Source of the DNA: the human T2T-CHM13v2.0 reference genome, Homo sapiens
DNA length: 64,000 nt
Strand: one strand, 5' to 3'
NCBI RefSeq assembly: GCF_009914755.1
Contig: NC_060926.1
Under the pieces are notes generated by a model that saw only the letters and a program-made list of their open reading frames with translations, ran no database searches and had not been told where the DNA came from. This document shows, piece by piece, positions 40,170-53,360 of the stretch; the stretch's first letter is position 1; the number at the start of each line of letters is the position of its first letter. The position numbers were made by a program, and so were the translations under genes.

Positions 40170-40935
40170 GAGCCATGCATGAGGCACCAGGGGACACACA
40201 CACACACTTGCACAGGCCAGGGTCATCAGGGTCATGCATGTGGCACCGAGGGACATGGACAGACATGCACACACAAGCCAGGGTTGTCAGGGTCATGCGT
40301 GTGGCACCAGGGGACACACACAGACATGCATGCACAGACCAGGGTCGTCAGGGTCACGCACGTGGCACTGGGGGACACACACAGACACGCATGCACAGAC
40401 CAGGGTAGTCAGGGTCACACGTGTGGCACTGGGGGACACACGCAGACACGCATGCACAGATCAGGGTCATCAGGGTCACACGCGTGGCACTGGGGGACAC
40501 ACAGAGACATGCAGGCACAGACCAGGGTCGTCAGGGTCACGCGTGTGGCACTATGTGACATACACAGACATGCATGCACACAGCAGGGTTGTCAGGGTCA
40601 TGCATGTGGCACTGGTGGACACACACAAACACGCATGCACAGAGCAGGGTCGTCAGGGTCACGCGTGTGGCACTGGCGGACACACACAAACACGCATGCA
40701 CAGAGCAGGGTCGTCAGGGTCACGCGTGTGGCACTGGCGGACACAAACACGCATGCACAGAGCAGGGTCGTCAGGGTCATGCGTGTGGCACTATGTGACA
40801 CATACAGACATGCATGCACACAGCAGGGTTGTCAGGGTCACGCGTGTGGCACTGGCGGACACACACAAACATGCATGCACAGAGCAGGGTCGTCAGGGTC
40901 ACGCGTGTGGCACTGGCGGACACAGACACACAGAT
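40170..40935. repeat. VNTR, 12 full copies of a 61-bp unit (one 57 bp) plus a partial lead-in
   Basis: cagggtcRtcagggtcaYgcgtgtggcact... starts at 40218, 40279, 40340, 40401, 40462, 40523, 40584, 40645, 40706, 40763, 40824 and 40885. Confidence 0.96.
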
Positions 40936-42097
40936 GAACGCACAAGAATAACTGTCCGTTAGCAGCAACAGAGCATCAGCTTTCTCCATGGAGGAAAACA
41001 GACGTCAGCACTGAACTTTCTCCATGGAGGAAAAGAGATGTCAGCACTGAGGCCCTTTTGCAGATGCCTAGGTGTGTTTATTGCCAGTCTGCGTAAGCAT
41101 AAGAGTGGATAAAGATCCACATTCTGGCCTATGATCTCTAGCATGTACAAACTTATTGGTAAAATAAACTCTGGAGAGGAAGAGTCCAAATGGAGAAGGC
41201 ATCCAGATAAAACAAGACTTGTTTCCGTTTGCTGTGAAATAAAAGAATTTCAGAGAAAAAGATTCAGACAGACACACAGAAGGCCCAAGGATTTGACTTA
41301 CGGTGTGAAACGCTGGGCTCAATGGATCATTTAACATCAACTGCCATGAACACCCCGAGAGAGCAAAAGGCCAGTGGGGTCCCAGGCAGATGGCTGCAAC
41401 CCCACGAAGGAAAACATGACTTATCCCTGACTTATCCCTGCCCTACGCAGGGCACCCCCAGGGCAGGTGACAAACAGCCCCAGAACCTTATGTCAGTACC
41501 AGACTAAGTAAGGAAAGATCTCTTCCACCATAACCACCATGCACCCAAGCACGCGTAGCTTCACCAACAACGGGCCTGAATTGAGCTTCACCAACAACAT
41601 GCCTGAAAGCCTCCGTCACTGACAGGCACTTGCGGATGGAAAACAACCCTTTGACAAAAGACCCTATCGGCCAAATAAGTGATCAGCCCCCAGGCCCCCA
41701 GCCACACAGAAACCCGTTTCTAAAACAGCGGTCCTCATAATGCGATCTGGGGTCCCAGAGGGTCCCCGAGACCTTTACAAGAGGTGTGTGAAGTCAAATT
41801 TTTGTTCATAATAGAAAAATGTCATGTGCCCTTCTCTCACAGGGGTACAGTGGACATGGACTGAACGAGAGCCGGTGTGAGAAGCAGAAATACTGTCGCC
41901 ATTAAGCCACACCTTCCATAGACTGGCAAAGGGTAAAATGATGCCTCTCTTCTCACGACGCTTTGTGTTTTACCGAACGGTTATTTTTTGTTAAAAATGT
42001 TACCTATCTATTTAACATGTAATGGGTTTATTCAGTTTCAAATGAGTAAGCACGTTTTTTAGATGTGTGTTAGTTTCTAATACAATAAATACCAATA

Positions 42098-42745
42098 CAG
42101 GTTGAGCATCCCTAATCTAAGAATCCACAAACCAAAATGCTCCAAAATCTGAAATTTTCTGAGCACCAACATGAAAACCCAAGTGGAAAATTCCATACCT
42201 GACCTCATGTGATGGGTCACAGTCAAAACTGTTTGGCGAACAAAATTATTAAAAATACTATATGAAATTACCTTCACATTATATGTATAAGGTGAACATG
42301 AAAAATAAATTTCATGTTTAGGCTGGGTGTGGTGGCTCACACTAATCTCAGCACTTTGGGAGGCTGAGGCCGGTGGATCACCTGAGGTAAGCCTGGCCAA
42401 CATGGTGAAACCCCATCTCTACTAAAAATACAAAAACTAGCCAGTCATAGTGGTGTATGTCTGTAATTCCAGCTACTCGGGAGGGAGGCTGAGGCAGTAG
42501 AATCGCTTAAACCTGGGAGGCGGAGGTGGCAGTGAGCCGAGACCACACCACTGCACTCCAGCCTGGGCGACAGAGTAAGACTCCGTCTCAAAATAAATAA
42601 ATAAATAAATAAATAAATTTCATGTTTAGACTCAGGTCCCATCCCCAAGATATCTCATTATGTATACGCAAATACTTCAAAATCCAAAAACTCTGAGAGC
42701 CTGAACACTTCTGGTCCCAAGCACGTCAGAACGACAGTCAGCCTG
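42098..42745. mobile_element. Tigger4b-like TcMar element split by an Alu
   Basis: ta-caggttgagcatccctaatc..aaatgctccaaaatctgaa left end; aacacttctggtcccaagca..tcagcctg right end. Confidence 0.8.
42321..42615 (+). mobile_element. AluS element with (AAAT)n tail and TSD aaataaatttcatgttta
   Basis: Alu body with internal deletions (cacctgaggtaagcctgg); identical flanking duplication. Confidence 0.92.
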
Positions 42746-45700
42746 TGCATCTCAATCATTGAAGCTAAAGCTCTTTGGAGTCCATGCTAATTTGCAGGAG
42801 TGTGAAGGGCTCCGGAGTTTGAGAACCGTGGCTCTGCAGGTGTGTTCCAACCCTCTTCCTTCGGAGACACAGGAGGGCCCTGAATGTCAGATGTGAGGGA
42901 TGTGGGGCCCGCAGAGACACAGGAACTTGGCTGTGAGGAATTCAGGGACTAGCAAAGGGGGCGATGAGAAGACCCTGAAATGCACCGTCCAAAGCACAGT
43001 ACCATCTTGCGTGGCTGGCGCTGCTGCATTTCACCTTTCTTCACGTGGAGGGGGTCTCATCAAGGCAGCAGAACAGCTTCTTGAAACAAACTCAAGATTG
43101 ACAGGGTGCCAAGCAAGAAAAACTGGAAACTGACGTGTCCCAGCCGCCCACCCACTTCCTTCTCCATTGGGGGATAACAGGGGGGTACAAGTGAAGGGCC
43201 TCCGTCCTGAGGAGAGGGGCACAGGCTGTTTCCTCCAGACACAGACACTCCTCAGTGGTCAGGACCGTCCTCTCCATGCCTGTCTCAAGCTGCAGGTGCC
43301 TCTCCTGCCCAGGTGAGGTGGGAGACCTGGGCAGGCAGCCCTCCCTGTTCTGCAGGTGAGGTGCTTATCACTGCTGGAGTGGACCCTCCTAAGTGTTGCG
43401 TTCTTTCGGACCAAAGCAGTAAATAAAGGTGCTTTGATTCCAGGTGATAGCCCAAGTTCCTCCCCAACTCTACTCAAAACTATCGATGTCGGCATCGACA
43501 GCTGAGGCTGCCCTGCAGATGGGAACCCGCAGACAATCCTGGTACCTGCTGCTGTGATTATTCACAGCCGTCAGAGAGCCCTCACCTGGGGGGAGGTGAA
43601 TGCCAACCCCACGGGTGACACACCACTCCCCTGGTGACCCCAGGGAAGCTGCAGGAAGGTGACAAAGGACCTGCACACACAGGCAGTGGACAGGCTCGCC
43701 GGCAGGGAGGAATCCTCTCTGTTTGACAAGACACAGACAGGCCCTCTCTGGTGACAGTCTCCAAGAAAGGAGGGAAGGCTTGGACAGATGCCAACAAGCG
43801 GGAAGGAAGACAGCAGCACGGCCCATTCCCCGACGGTCCCCTTTCATCTTTCCAGGTCTGAACTGCCCACAGTTCTGAGTTTTGGGTCCCAATAAATGGA
43901 CGTCTGGACCAAGAGCATGTCTACGGTTGGAGCTCACACCTGCTGGTGGCAGCAAGCCGACTGCCCGGCGGGGGGTGGGCAGCCCGGGAGCCACAGGGCT
44001 CCCCAGAGACAGCCGCTTGGGCTGCAATGTCTCCAAGCTACAGTCCCGCTAACCCGGTTGGTTTCCCAAGCATGTGAGCGAAACTCAGAGGTTCGTTAAA
44101 CTCCTACTTTCTAAGTTTATTTATTGTTGCAATTGTTTACAAAAAGCATTTTTATTTTAATGTAAAAAGCAAAGCTATTTCTATTTTAAAATAAATTAAA
44201 ACTGCTGCAGATAATCAAGAGACGGGTCAAGCCCTGCTCTCATTTCCGCGTACACGGTGTAGCTGGGCATGAAGTACTTATAAACTCATGAAGTCAAGAA
44301 GTGTTCAACACAGCGCCTCGGAAGCCAGGTTGCTGGATGACACGGCCCATGACGTCTCAGCAGGCCTGGGCCACCTTCTCTCAAGCAGAACACACAGAAT
44401 CGTAGCCACCTTTCATAGAAAACAACGGAAATGAAGAGCTTAAAGGAGCTGAGGACAGTGCAGGGTGCATGAAAGGAAGTGGCACAGATGCCTGAAGGCT
44501 TGTACTGAAAGTGGCGTCATGCCCTGATGGGAACTTCCCATTCCTCCCTGGTGGGCGGAGAGAATCATAGGACCGCCACATCCTGTCATCTCCACTTTTC
44601 TTTCTCTTAAAGAACAGATGATTGCAGCGTGGCTGGCGACACACTTCATGAGGCAGAGAAAAGCACGCCCAGATGCACGGGGCCCTGTACAGGACGGCAG
44701 GCCGTCTGCCCTGTGTCCCCGGGACTGGCAGGTCAGTGAGGGTAGCATCCCGACTTTTCCCAAGGGGCTCTGCGGGGTCAAAACAGAGTTTAAAAATGCA
44801 AAGACAACCATGCAACCCTTAGCCATGGGCCACCAACAACCGTCAGAGAGTGGTGCTAGAGGTCCAAAATGCTGCGCTGAGGGAGGCACCCCACAGCTCT
44901 GAAATGTTCCAACTCCCTCGATCCCACTGAAAGACATGGCTCGGGGCTCTCCTGTTAAAGGGTAGAGTAAAAGCAGGTATGGTTCTCGCAGGCAGGAGAC
45001 AGGTGCCACACCAATCAAGATGCAGTTTTAAAGACTGCTACTTAGCAGACTTGTAAAACTGGATTTGCCCAGAGACAGACCAAACCCAGTCAGCACGGGC
45101 ACTCTGGACTCCCTGCAGCGTCCCCCTGAATCCAGGCCTCCCTGCTCCCTGCCTTGCCAGCCCTGGGGCCTGTGAAGCATGTCTGGTGTTTTTCAGGAGG
45201 TCATGCACTGTATGGTTAACGGCAACAGATAGTGCAGAGCTGATCCTGCACAGCGGCCTCCGGGAGAGCAGGACTCTTGTGCTGGCCAGGCACCTGGTGG
45301 AAAGGCTGGTGCACCTGCAGCCCTGCGGCGCCTGGAGGAGCCGAGCAGAGGAGCTGGTTGAGCACCCACTGGACTTGGGCTTGAAAACCTGTCTTCACAG
45401 CTCATCCCCGCATCATGCTGGGTCTTTTCAAAATGATGATGATTACTTTAAGAACGTTCCTGGGATGAATTACAGACAGCTAAATGAGTCATAAAGGTGA
45501 AGGACCAACATGCCCCTCATCTCCTAGTTGGATAGTCGATGACAGCTGCCATCTAGGGCAATTGCTCTAACCCTCTGCCCTTTGGAGCCACTGATGTGCA
45601 GCTGCTGTCCACACCACAGGGCTTCCCACAGCCTGTCGCCCCCAGAGTCAGTCACTCCTCAGCTCCTGGCAGCCACAGGGCAGGCCCCAGCTGGGACAGG

Positions 45701-45835
45701 GAATCACCCAGGACAGAGTCCACCTTTGTCCAGGCAGGAACCCTGCGCCTCAGGCCACCTTGTCTGTGCAGACACCTGTTCTGGCCTGCACCACGGCCCC
45801 GTCCACTCAGGCCAGGCTCCAACAAGGAGTCCAAC

Positions 45836-46292
45836 ATATAAACACGTGTGTCACTCACACATGACCTCAAACTCACACACTCAATCACATACACACATCC
45901 TTATACACTCACACACACTCTCACATAACCACAAACTCACAATCATGAACACACTCAAACACGCACACTCAAACCCATGCGCTCATATACTAACACTTAT
46001 ACACTAATACAAACACAAGCATGCACTTACACAACCTCAAACTCACACATTCAATCACACTTGCACACTCACACCCAGGCACTCACACACACTAACACAA
46101 ACACACAAACATGCATGCTCACACACATAACCTTAAACACACCCGATCACATTCATGCAAACATGCACTCATGCTCACAGTGTAACACACCCACAGACAT
46201 TCACAAACACTCATGCTCACACATTCACACTCACAAATACACTCATATAACCTCAAACACACATACGCACGGACTCACTCACACACACACGT
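45836..46292. repeat. CA-rich low-complexity tract
   Basis: Degenerate (CA)n with recurrent acctcaaactcacac. Confidence 0.85.
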
Positions 46293-48068
46293 GTGTGGCA
46301 ACAGCACAGGGGACCTGGCTCAGGCATGGCCGCACAAGCAGGATGGAGACTGGAGCCTCTGTCGGCGTGGCCCGGGCCTTTACCTGTGGTCCCTCAAAGC
46401 TTTTGCACAAAGATGAGGATCTGGGCCTGCGCATCCGGCCCTGCCTCATTCACCTGTATTGTTAAATCGGAATCAAGTGATAGCACAGGCATGGACCCAA
46501 AACAGTGAAGAGCCCGTGGAGGGGCAGGGGGCAGCATCCATCAGAGATTTCAACAATGCCCCACAAACATCCAGCAGCTGGCGGACGGGAGCAGCTGCAC
46601 CCGCAGAGCTGCAAAGCAGACCAGGGCAGGGCGCGTGGGTGGCTGCTCGGCCAGAGGCATCCTCAAGGCCCCAGACTGCTGGGGGTCTCTCCAACGAGGG
46701 CAGTAGGGTGAAGCAGGAACCCATAGGAACCTGATGGGGAGCCTCCCTGAGGGTCTCTGTCTCAGGAACTCCTGGACAGTGGGCCCCAGGACTCTCCTCT
46801 GCAGAACCAGAACAGAACCCACTGCCCGAGGCAGCAGGTGGGGAGTTTGTGATCCAGAGAAAAGGCCCTCAAGCCGGCACTGGAAGGGCCCAGCTACTCA
46901 TCCGACCGCTCCCCATCCCCGGGCCCTCCTCCTTACTCCTGCCTTTAAGAAGCAACACCTCAGCCATGCACTCCCATTTACAAAAGTCGTTGTTACCACA
47001 AGAGTAACACCACCACACAAAGACACACACAGGTGATCTCTGTCCCTGGCTCCCTTGCAAGGCCACCAGGGTCCTTCCTTGGGCTGGGCTCCCGCGCACA
47101 CACGCGCGCACACACACAGACAGGCTTCGCTTCTGTGAGTGCCCAAAGACTCGCACTCCACACGCTGCTCTGCAGCTCCCACTCCTACATCCCGGCCTCC
47201 CGGTACACCAGGAGCTCTGGTCCCCTCTCTCTACAGAGTGTACGCGGCAACACGCACAAGCAAGCAGTTTATACACAGCGACAGAACAGACACACTGCTT
47301 CATGTTCAGAGCAATAGCTTCTTTCTCTCTTTCCTGCTCTCTCCACCATCAAACACCCAACAGGAAACCTTTGCGTGGTTGCTGTCCACACTTCCCTCCA
47401 TTCCATACACATACACACACACGCACACACATGCTCACAATGCACACATGTGCACATATGTACACATGCACACACCAGGTGGTCACTGCCTCCAAAAATG
47501 AAATTGTATCCTACAGACTTCTCAGCATCTTCCGTTTCTCATTCAATACCATGTCTCGGGGGAGTCCGTCACGTGGCTGTGCCAACATTTAGCCAAGCAT
47601 TCTCCCACTCATGGGCACAGACTTTCCTCCAAGCGTTTGACTCTTACCACAACACTGCAAGAGACTGCCGGGTGCAAAGAGCCTCACGTCCTGGGGTCTG
47701 TGGCCCTGTGGAGCACAGCCCTGGGAGTGGGGGCTGAGTGAAGTATCTGCTTATTTCTCACATCAGGACATGTGAGCAGAACGACCTCTAAAGAGGCTGC
47801 AGCCGCGCGTACCTCCTCCAGCCATGCCCGACACTGCTGCGGCCTCTACATCCTCCCTTGTAATGGACACCATCTCTCTTGCCATATTCTGCCAAGCTAG
47901 GTAAAAAGCACGATCTCTGCTGACTTTTCTGGGCATCTCCCTGGGGGCTGGGGAGTTTGGGCATGTCTGCAACGACCCCTCTTCCCTGGGCTGCCTGGTC
48001 ACACTGAGCGTTCATTTTCTAATGTTGGTCTTTCTCTCCAGTTTGGAAGAGACCTCTCCATAGTAAAC

Positions 48069-48330
48069 TTTTTGTTGTTGTTGTTGTTTGTTTGTTTTGA
48101 GACAGAGTCTCACTCTGTCGCCCAGGCTGGAGTGCGGTGGTGTGATCTCGGCTCAACCTCCACCTCCCAGGTTCAAGCGATTCTCTCACCTCAGCCTCCC
48201 AAGTAGCTGGGATTACAGGCGTGCACCACCACGCCCAGCTAATTTTTGTATTTTTGGTAGAGATGGGGTTTCACCATGCAGGTCAGGCTGATCTTGAACT
48301 CCCGACCTCAGGTGATCCGCCTGCCTCAGC
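48069..48330 (-). mobile_element. AluS element, 5'-truncated, (TTG)n tail
   Basis: Antisense Alu body ending at ccgcctgcctcagc. Confidence 0.9.
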
Positions 48331-48851
48331 TTTGTCAAATGTTACACATATTTTTCCAAAACTCTCATTTCTTCATTGACTTTGTTGCTAATATCTTTAT
48401 CCACTCAAAAGTTGTCATTTTTATTCTGTCAATTGCATCTTTGTCCGCTTCTAGAGATCCGGGGTCAATGAGGACGGGTCCTTGATGCCCCAATTGTCTT
48501 TGGAGATTTCTCTTGCTTTACTTTTTACAGTTAAGCCTTGAATCCATCTGAAATGTATCTTCCCCTCATACTTAGATATGAACAATTGACCAGCCACTGA
48601 AAAAGTTGAAGCAAGAAAAAGAATGACCAAGGTACACAGAAAAACTGAGCCCGGAAGACACAGAGGTAATTCAAGCCCCTCTAAGGAGGGACACTGAGAA
48701 CAGTGATGCTATGGCGTCCGCAGAACAGGCACCAACGGATGCAAAGCAGAGGCGATCAGGCAGCAGGGCCTGGAACTTCAGCCGGTGAACAGCAGAACAA
48801 AACTGCACAGAGGACCTGGGAGATCACATTGAGTAAATATCAGAGAAATAA

Positions 48852-49315
<464 letters not shown>

Positions 49316-50657
49316 TTAAGTTAACTCATGTGTGCTAAATGGGATAAATTTTAAATTTCAGAATATCAAAGATAATCAGAAGATCTCAAATTTCAGATAA
49401 AATGAAAATAAGACACCTAAACCTGGACGAGAGCCAAGCTGGCCACAGGTCCTGTCAGCTGCACAGGCCCACCCTGGCGGTACGTGAAGGGCAGCGTGCA
49501 AATCGGGCACCCTGTGTAAGTCAGAGACCCGATCTAAAGAGAGGGACGGTCCCTAAGGCTCACGGCCTGAAGACCCAGGTGAGGGGTGACGCTGCCAGGG
49601 CACCTGGACGGGTGGGTGTGAGCTAGACAGACTCAGGAGTTGCCTGCTGCGGGCAGGAAGGGCAGCCGCAGGGGTCTGATGGGTCAGCTGGGAGAACACG
49701 CAGAGCCAGGCAGGGTCCACAGAGCTGTGAAGAACACTGACATTGGGAACCAGGCAGCAGGAACGCCCAGATGTGCCTGGGGCAGGGCAGCCACGTAGGA
49801 AGAAGTCAGCAGAGCCAGGGGCCTGGGAATCAGAGGAGCAGAGGGTGCCCCGGGAGGTGCCAGAGCCTGCTTGGTCTCTCTGCTGTCCTGCAGGCCTGCG
49901 GACTCCGCCCACCCACCCTCCCATCCACGCATGTCCCTAAATGTTCCCTGAACACCTGCCAGGCCACGGACCGTCCACTCACTTGTCCTCACCGGGCCAG
50001 CGAGGATGCCTGGTGGCCCACGGCCAGCCCAACCCCACCGTGAGGATGTGTGAAGCGAAGCCCCTGCCTCAGGCCTGAGCGTCCTCCATGCAGATTCAGC
50101 CCCACCAGGGCAACACCACTGACCTCAGCGAGTGGTGACGCCTCACAGCGTCCACAGGATGGCACTCACGCCTACCTGGCACACGGACACCACGGACGCT
50201 ACAGGCCATCACAGCCTTCCAGTATGACTGCAGGAGAGGGTCCTGCCAACTCAGTCACGCACAGGCTCCAGTGGCGCAGCAGAAGGGCAGTCTGGGGTGG
50301 AAGATCGCATGGGGACGCTGCTTGCCATGGAGCACCCACTGCCAGGTGCTCTGGACGGGCGTTTCCTCCATGGCCCCCCAGGGGGCCTGGGGAGTCTGGG
50401 CTCCCTCAACCAGTGAGTGCCCCCGACTGCAGGCAATCTTGCCCAGCCCAGGCCTCTTGCCGGCCCTTATGGGGGAGGGTGCTGGAGAAGAGGGGGGTGC
50501 CTGGCAGTCACCCCACCCGACTGCGAGTGTCACCTGGACCACGTCATGTCCTGTCCACAGCCTGCTGGACGCCCTGGGGCCAGCCTCGTCTGACTCTGCT
50601 TCAATGTGTCCTTTGATGGTCCCTAAAGCAGGGCTGGCAGGTTCTGGGCAATGATGT

Positions 50658-51075
50658 TCCACCATCCAAACAGCAAGGCAGGTGCTGTGTGCTCACAACC
50701 CTCCACCATCCAAACACCAAGGCAGGTGCTGTGTGCTCACAACCCTCCACCATCCAAACACCAAGGCAGGTGCTGTGTGCTCACAACCCTCCACCATCCA
50801 AACAAGGCAGGTGCTGTGTGCTCACAACCCTCCACCATCCAAACACCAAGGCAGGTGCTGTGTGCTCACAACCCTCCACCAACCAAACACCAAGGAAGGT
50901 GCTGTGTGCTCACAACCCTCCACCATCCAAACACCAAGGAAGGTGCTGTGTGCTCACAACCCTCCTGATGGTGCCCAGATGTGAGGAAGGTGCTGTGTGC
51001 TCACAACCCTCCTGATGGTGCCCAGATGTGAGGAAGGTGCTGTGTGCTCACAACCCTCCTGATGGTGCCCCAGAT
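50658..51075. repeat. Composite VNTR: 44-bp units switching to 47-bp units around a shared core
   Basis: Core ggtgctgtgtgctcacaaccctcc at 50681, 50725, 50769, 50810, 50854, 50898, 50942, 50989 and 51036. Confidence 0.95.
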
Positions 51076-53209
51076 GTCACCACCGCGCCATCAGAGGTGG
51101 GACACAGACTCTGTCGACCGCCCTGGCCCGAAGGCACGTGTCTACTACCATCAGTAACATGGCCTCCTGGCCACACCACACACACCACCTGCCGGGAGCA
51201 CAACACCCGCCCCAGGGGGAGGTGATGAACGCCATCCAGCCACAGATTGCCCGGGACGCCTAGTTTTTTGTTAGTTCAGACCGTGTGTTCCTGAATACAG
51301 CCTGAGTGGCCACACTTGAGTAACGATTAAAAAGCCACAGTGCTCAACAGAACACGCCACTGCTATGACACAAATCCTCATAATGCAGGCATACGGCTGG
51401 GAGGCAGGGTCTCGGTGGAACCAGACTCCCTGAGTAAGCACAGCACAAAATGTTTCTGACACACTGATGACAACTACAGCACAAACTGGGGTTGCACGAT
51501 GATAGCAAGTTTCAATAATAAGTGGCTCTGAGTGCAGGTCCTTATTGGAAGGGGAGCTATTCCACGCCCGTCCCTCCTGGACATAGACCACTTCCTTACT
51601 CACACCACTGCCCTGCCAGACACGGTCACTTGGAACCAACACCTTACCCGTGAGCGTGCTTCAGAGACATCCCCAGCCTGCGGGGCCTCTGCCTTCGGTG
51701 CCCAGATGCTGTCCTCCCAAAGCCGGGGTGGGCTGCGCTCCTCTATGGCAGCCCAAAGGCTACCTCTGCTCACTCTGACTCTGAACTTGAAACCAAAAGC
51801 AGTTCCCCAGGCGTCAGCTGCCCCAGCTCAGGAGGCGTCGCCACCACAGGTTACGAGGCCGTCCACTAACCGAAGCCACTGCCAGGGCGCTGTCCACACA
51901 GGTGCTGGCTCACAGGCCACGTGTGCCTCTGGAGGCCCCAAAATGTCCAGGGCCTCTGACTCCGTGACTCTCTGTGTTGCCAGCATGAGAGGCCTGCTCC
52001 AGGCTGCAACACAGCACCTGTCACGAGGGCTGCCCCGACGCCTGCATCCTCTCTGCCACCAATGGGCCTCTCTGGACCCTGCTGGAGGCCCTGTCTTCTA
52101 TGCAGATCTCCACACCTCTCAGTGCATCACCACAATGGAGGGAGCACGAGATTCTCCTTCCCCAAAGGGACCTATGATGTATCCTGCCTCACTTCGCCCA
52201 GACCACCAACCTGGAGCAGCCGAGGTGCGGGCAGGAGGCCCCAGGGCCACAGTCTCACCACTGGCTTCTCACAAGGGGCAGGGCTGACAGCTCATCTGGC
52301 TGGGACCAGTATTATGTGCAGAGACCCAACGTGGTGAAAAGACCCCCAGGACCCTAGAGCACCTGCCAGGATGCAAGACGGACATCTCAGACACAACTGG
52401 GCACGGCCAGGCAGACAAGCCCAGGCCCAAGACTGATCACCGCGCTGAGCTCAGCTGCCGCCACCTTCTGCTGGGACTGTCTCCATATGCCACAGGGGGA
52501 GCGCCCCACCTGCTTGGTTTTACAACCACCTCAAGGACCTCTAATTTTCCCTGAAATAGGAGTTCTATGGACATCAAAATGCCTGGTTTTCAAAAAGAAT
52601 TATGGCCATTGTCCTCCAGGGGAGACGTCGCGTCCTGAGGCATCCCCTCTGTCCAGCAAACGCGGTGCCCCTCCACTCAGCCAACATCCGGGGAATGCCA
52701 GCGGCAGGTGGGTGCCCCTCTCAGCCTGGGGACATGCCCTGTGCACATAGATCTGGCCCGGGAGACACCTCTTGGACCCTGAGGCGTCTGTCGAAGAGCA
52801 GCCCAGTGGGCATCCGTGACAGCTTGGGGACTTCCTTCCTTCCTGGGGGAGACGAGCACCCAGGCACATAAAGTCCAGCGGTGACCAGGGTGGGGAGGGC
52901 ACTAAAGCAGAGTCCAGGATGGAGACGGAGTTGGCAGCTGGGGTCCACACGATGATGGCCTGGAAGAGGGAAGGCGTTGGCCCCGGGGAACGAAGAGCTG
53001 AGTCACATGCTCAACGTGACCACGGCTGTTCTGACACTGCGCCAGGGCTGGCACCCACACTGAACGTGCACCACCCAGATGGCAGCATCACAAGGACCAT
53101 CGTACTGTTGAGGGCCATATCCAGAGGTCCCTGTCCTCACCTCCCACTCTCCTCTGCAGGCCTCCATGGGCTCCCCTCGCTCTCAGGAGCCAGAGGTGGC
53201 CTGAAACGG

Positions 53210-53360
53210 CCCCGGGAACCAAGAACCCCGGGAACCAAGAACCCCGGGAACCAATGACCCCGGGAACCAATGACCCCGGGAACCAATGAACCCGGGAACC
53301 AATAACCCCGGGAACCAATAACCCCGGGAACCAATGACCCCAGCAACCAATGACCCCGGC
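53210..53360. repeat. 16-bp minisatellite (ccccgggaaccaatga), ~9 copies
   Basis: Read directly; 7 units carry CCAAT. Confidence 0.95.

Larger units (their letters stand above)
41725..42830 (+). mobile_element. hAT-Charlie non-autonomous element (Charlie4a/MER119-like) containing nested Tigger4 and Alu
   Basis: ggggtcccagagggtccccgagacctt..gtcaaa..ttcataata at the left; ttaacatgtaatgggtttatt; resumes after 42745 with aagctctttggagtcc..gagtgtgaaggg..gtttgagaacc. Confidence 0.7.

Noticed and set aside
40143-40962. 264-aa and 242-aa repetitive ORFs
   Set aside because: Artefact of a stop-poor 61-bp VNTR.
44130-44200. AT-rich patch considered as a MEF2 site (autoregulation of a MEF2 co-repressor)
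   Set aside because: No exact YTA(A/T)4TAR match found, only near-matches expected in AT-rich DNA.
45186-45494. Codon-like stretch suggesting a processed pseudogene
   Set aside because: No parent protein recognised in any frame, and no poly(A) or TSD.
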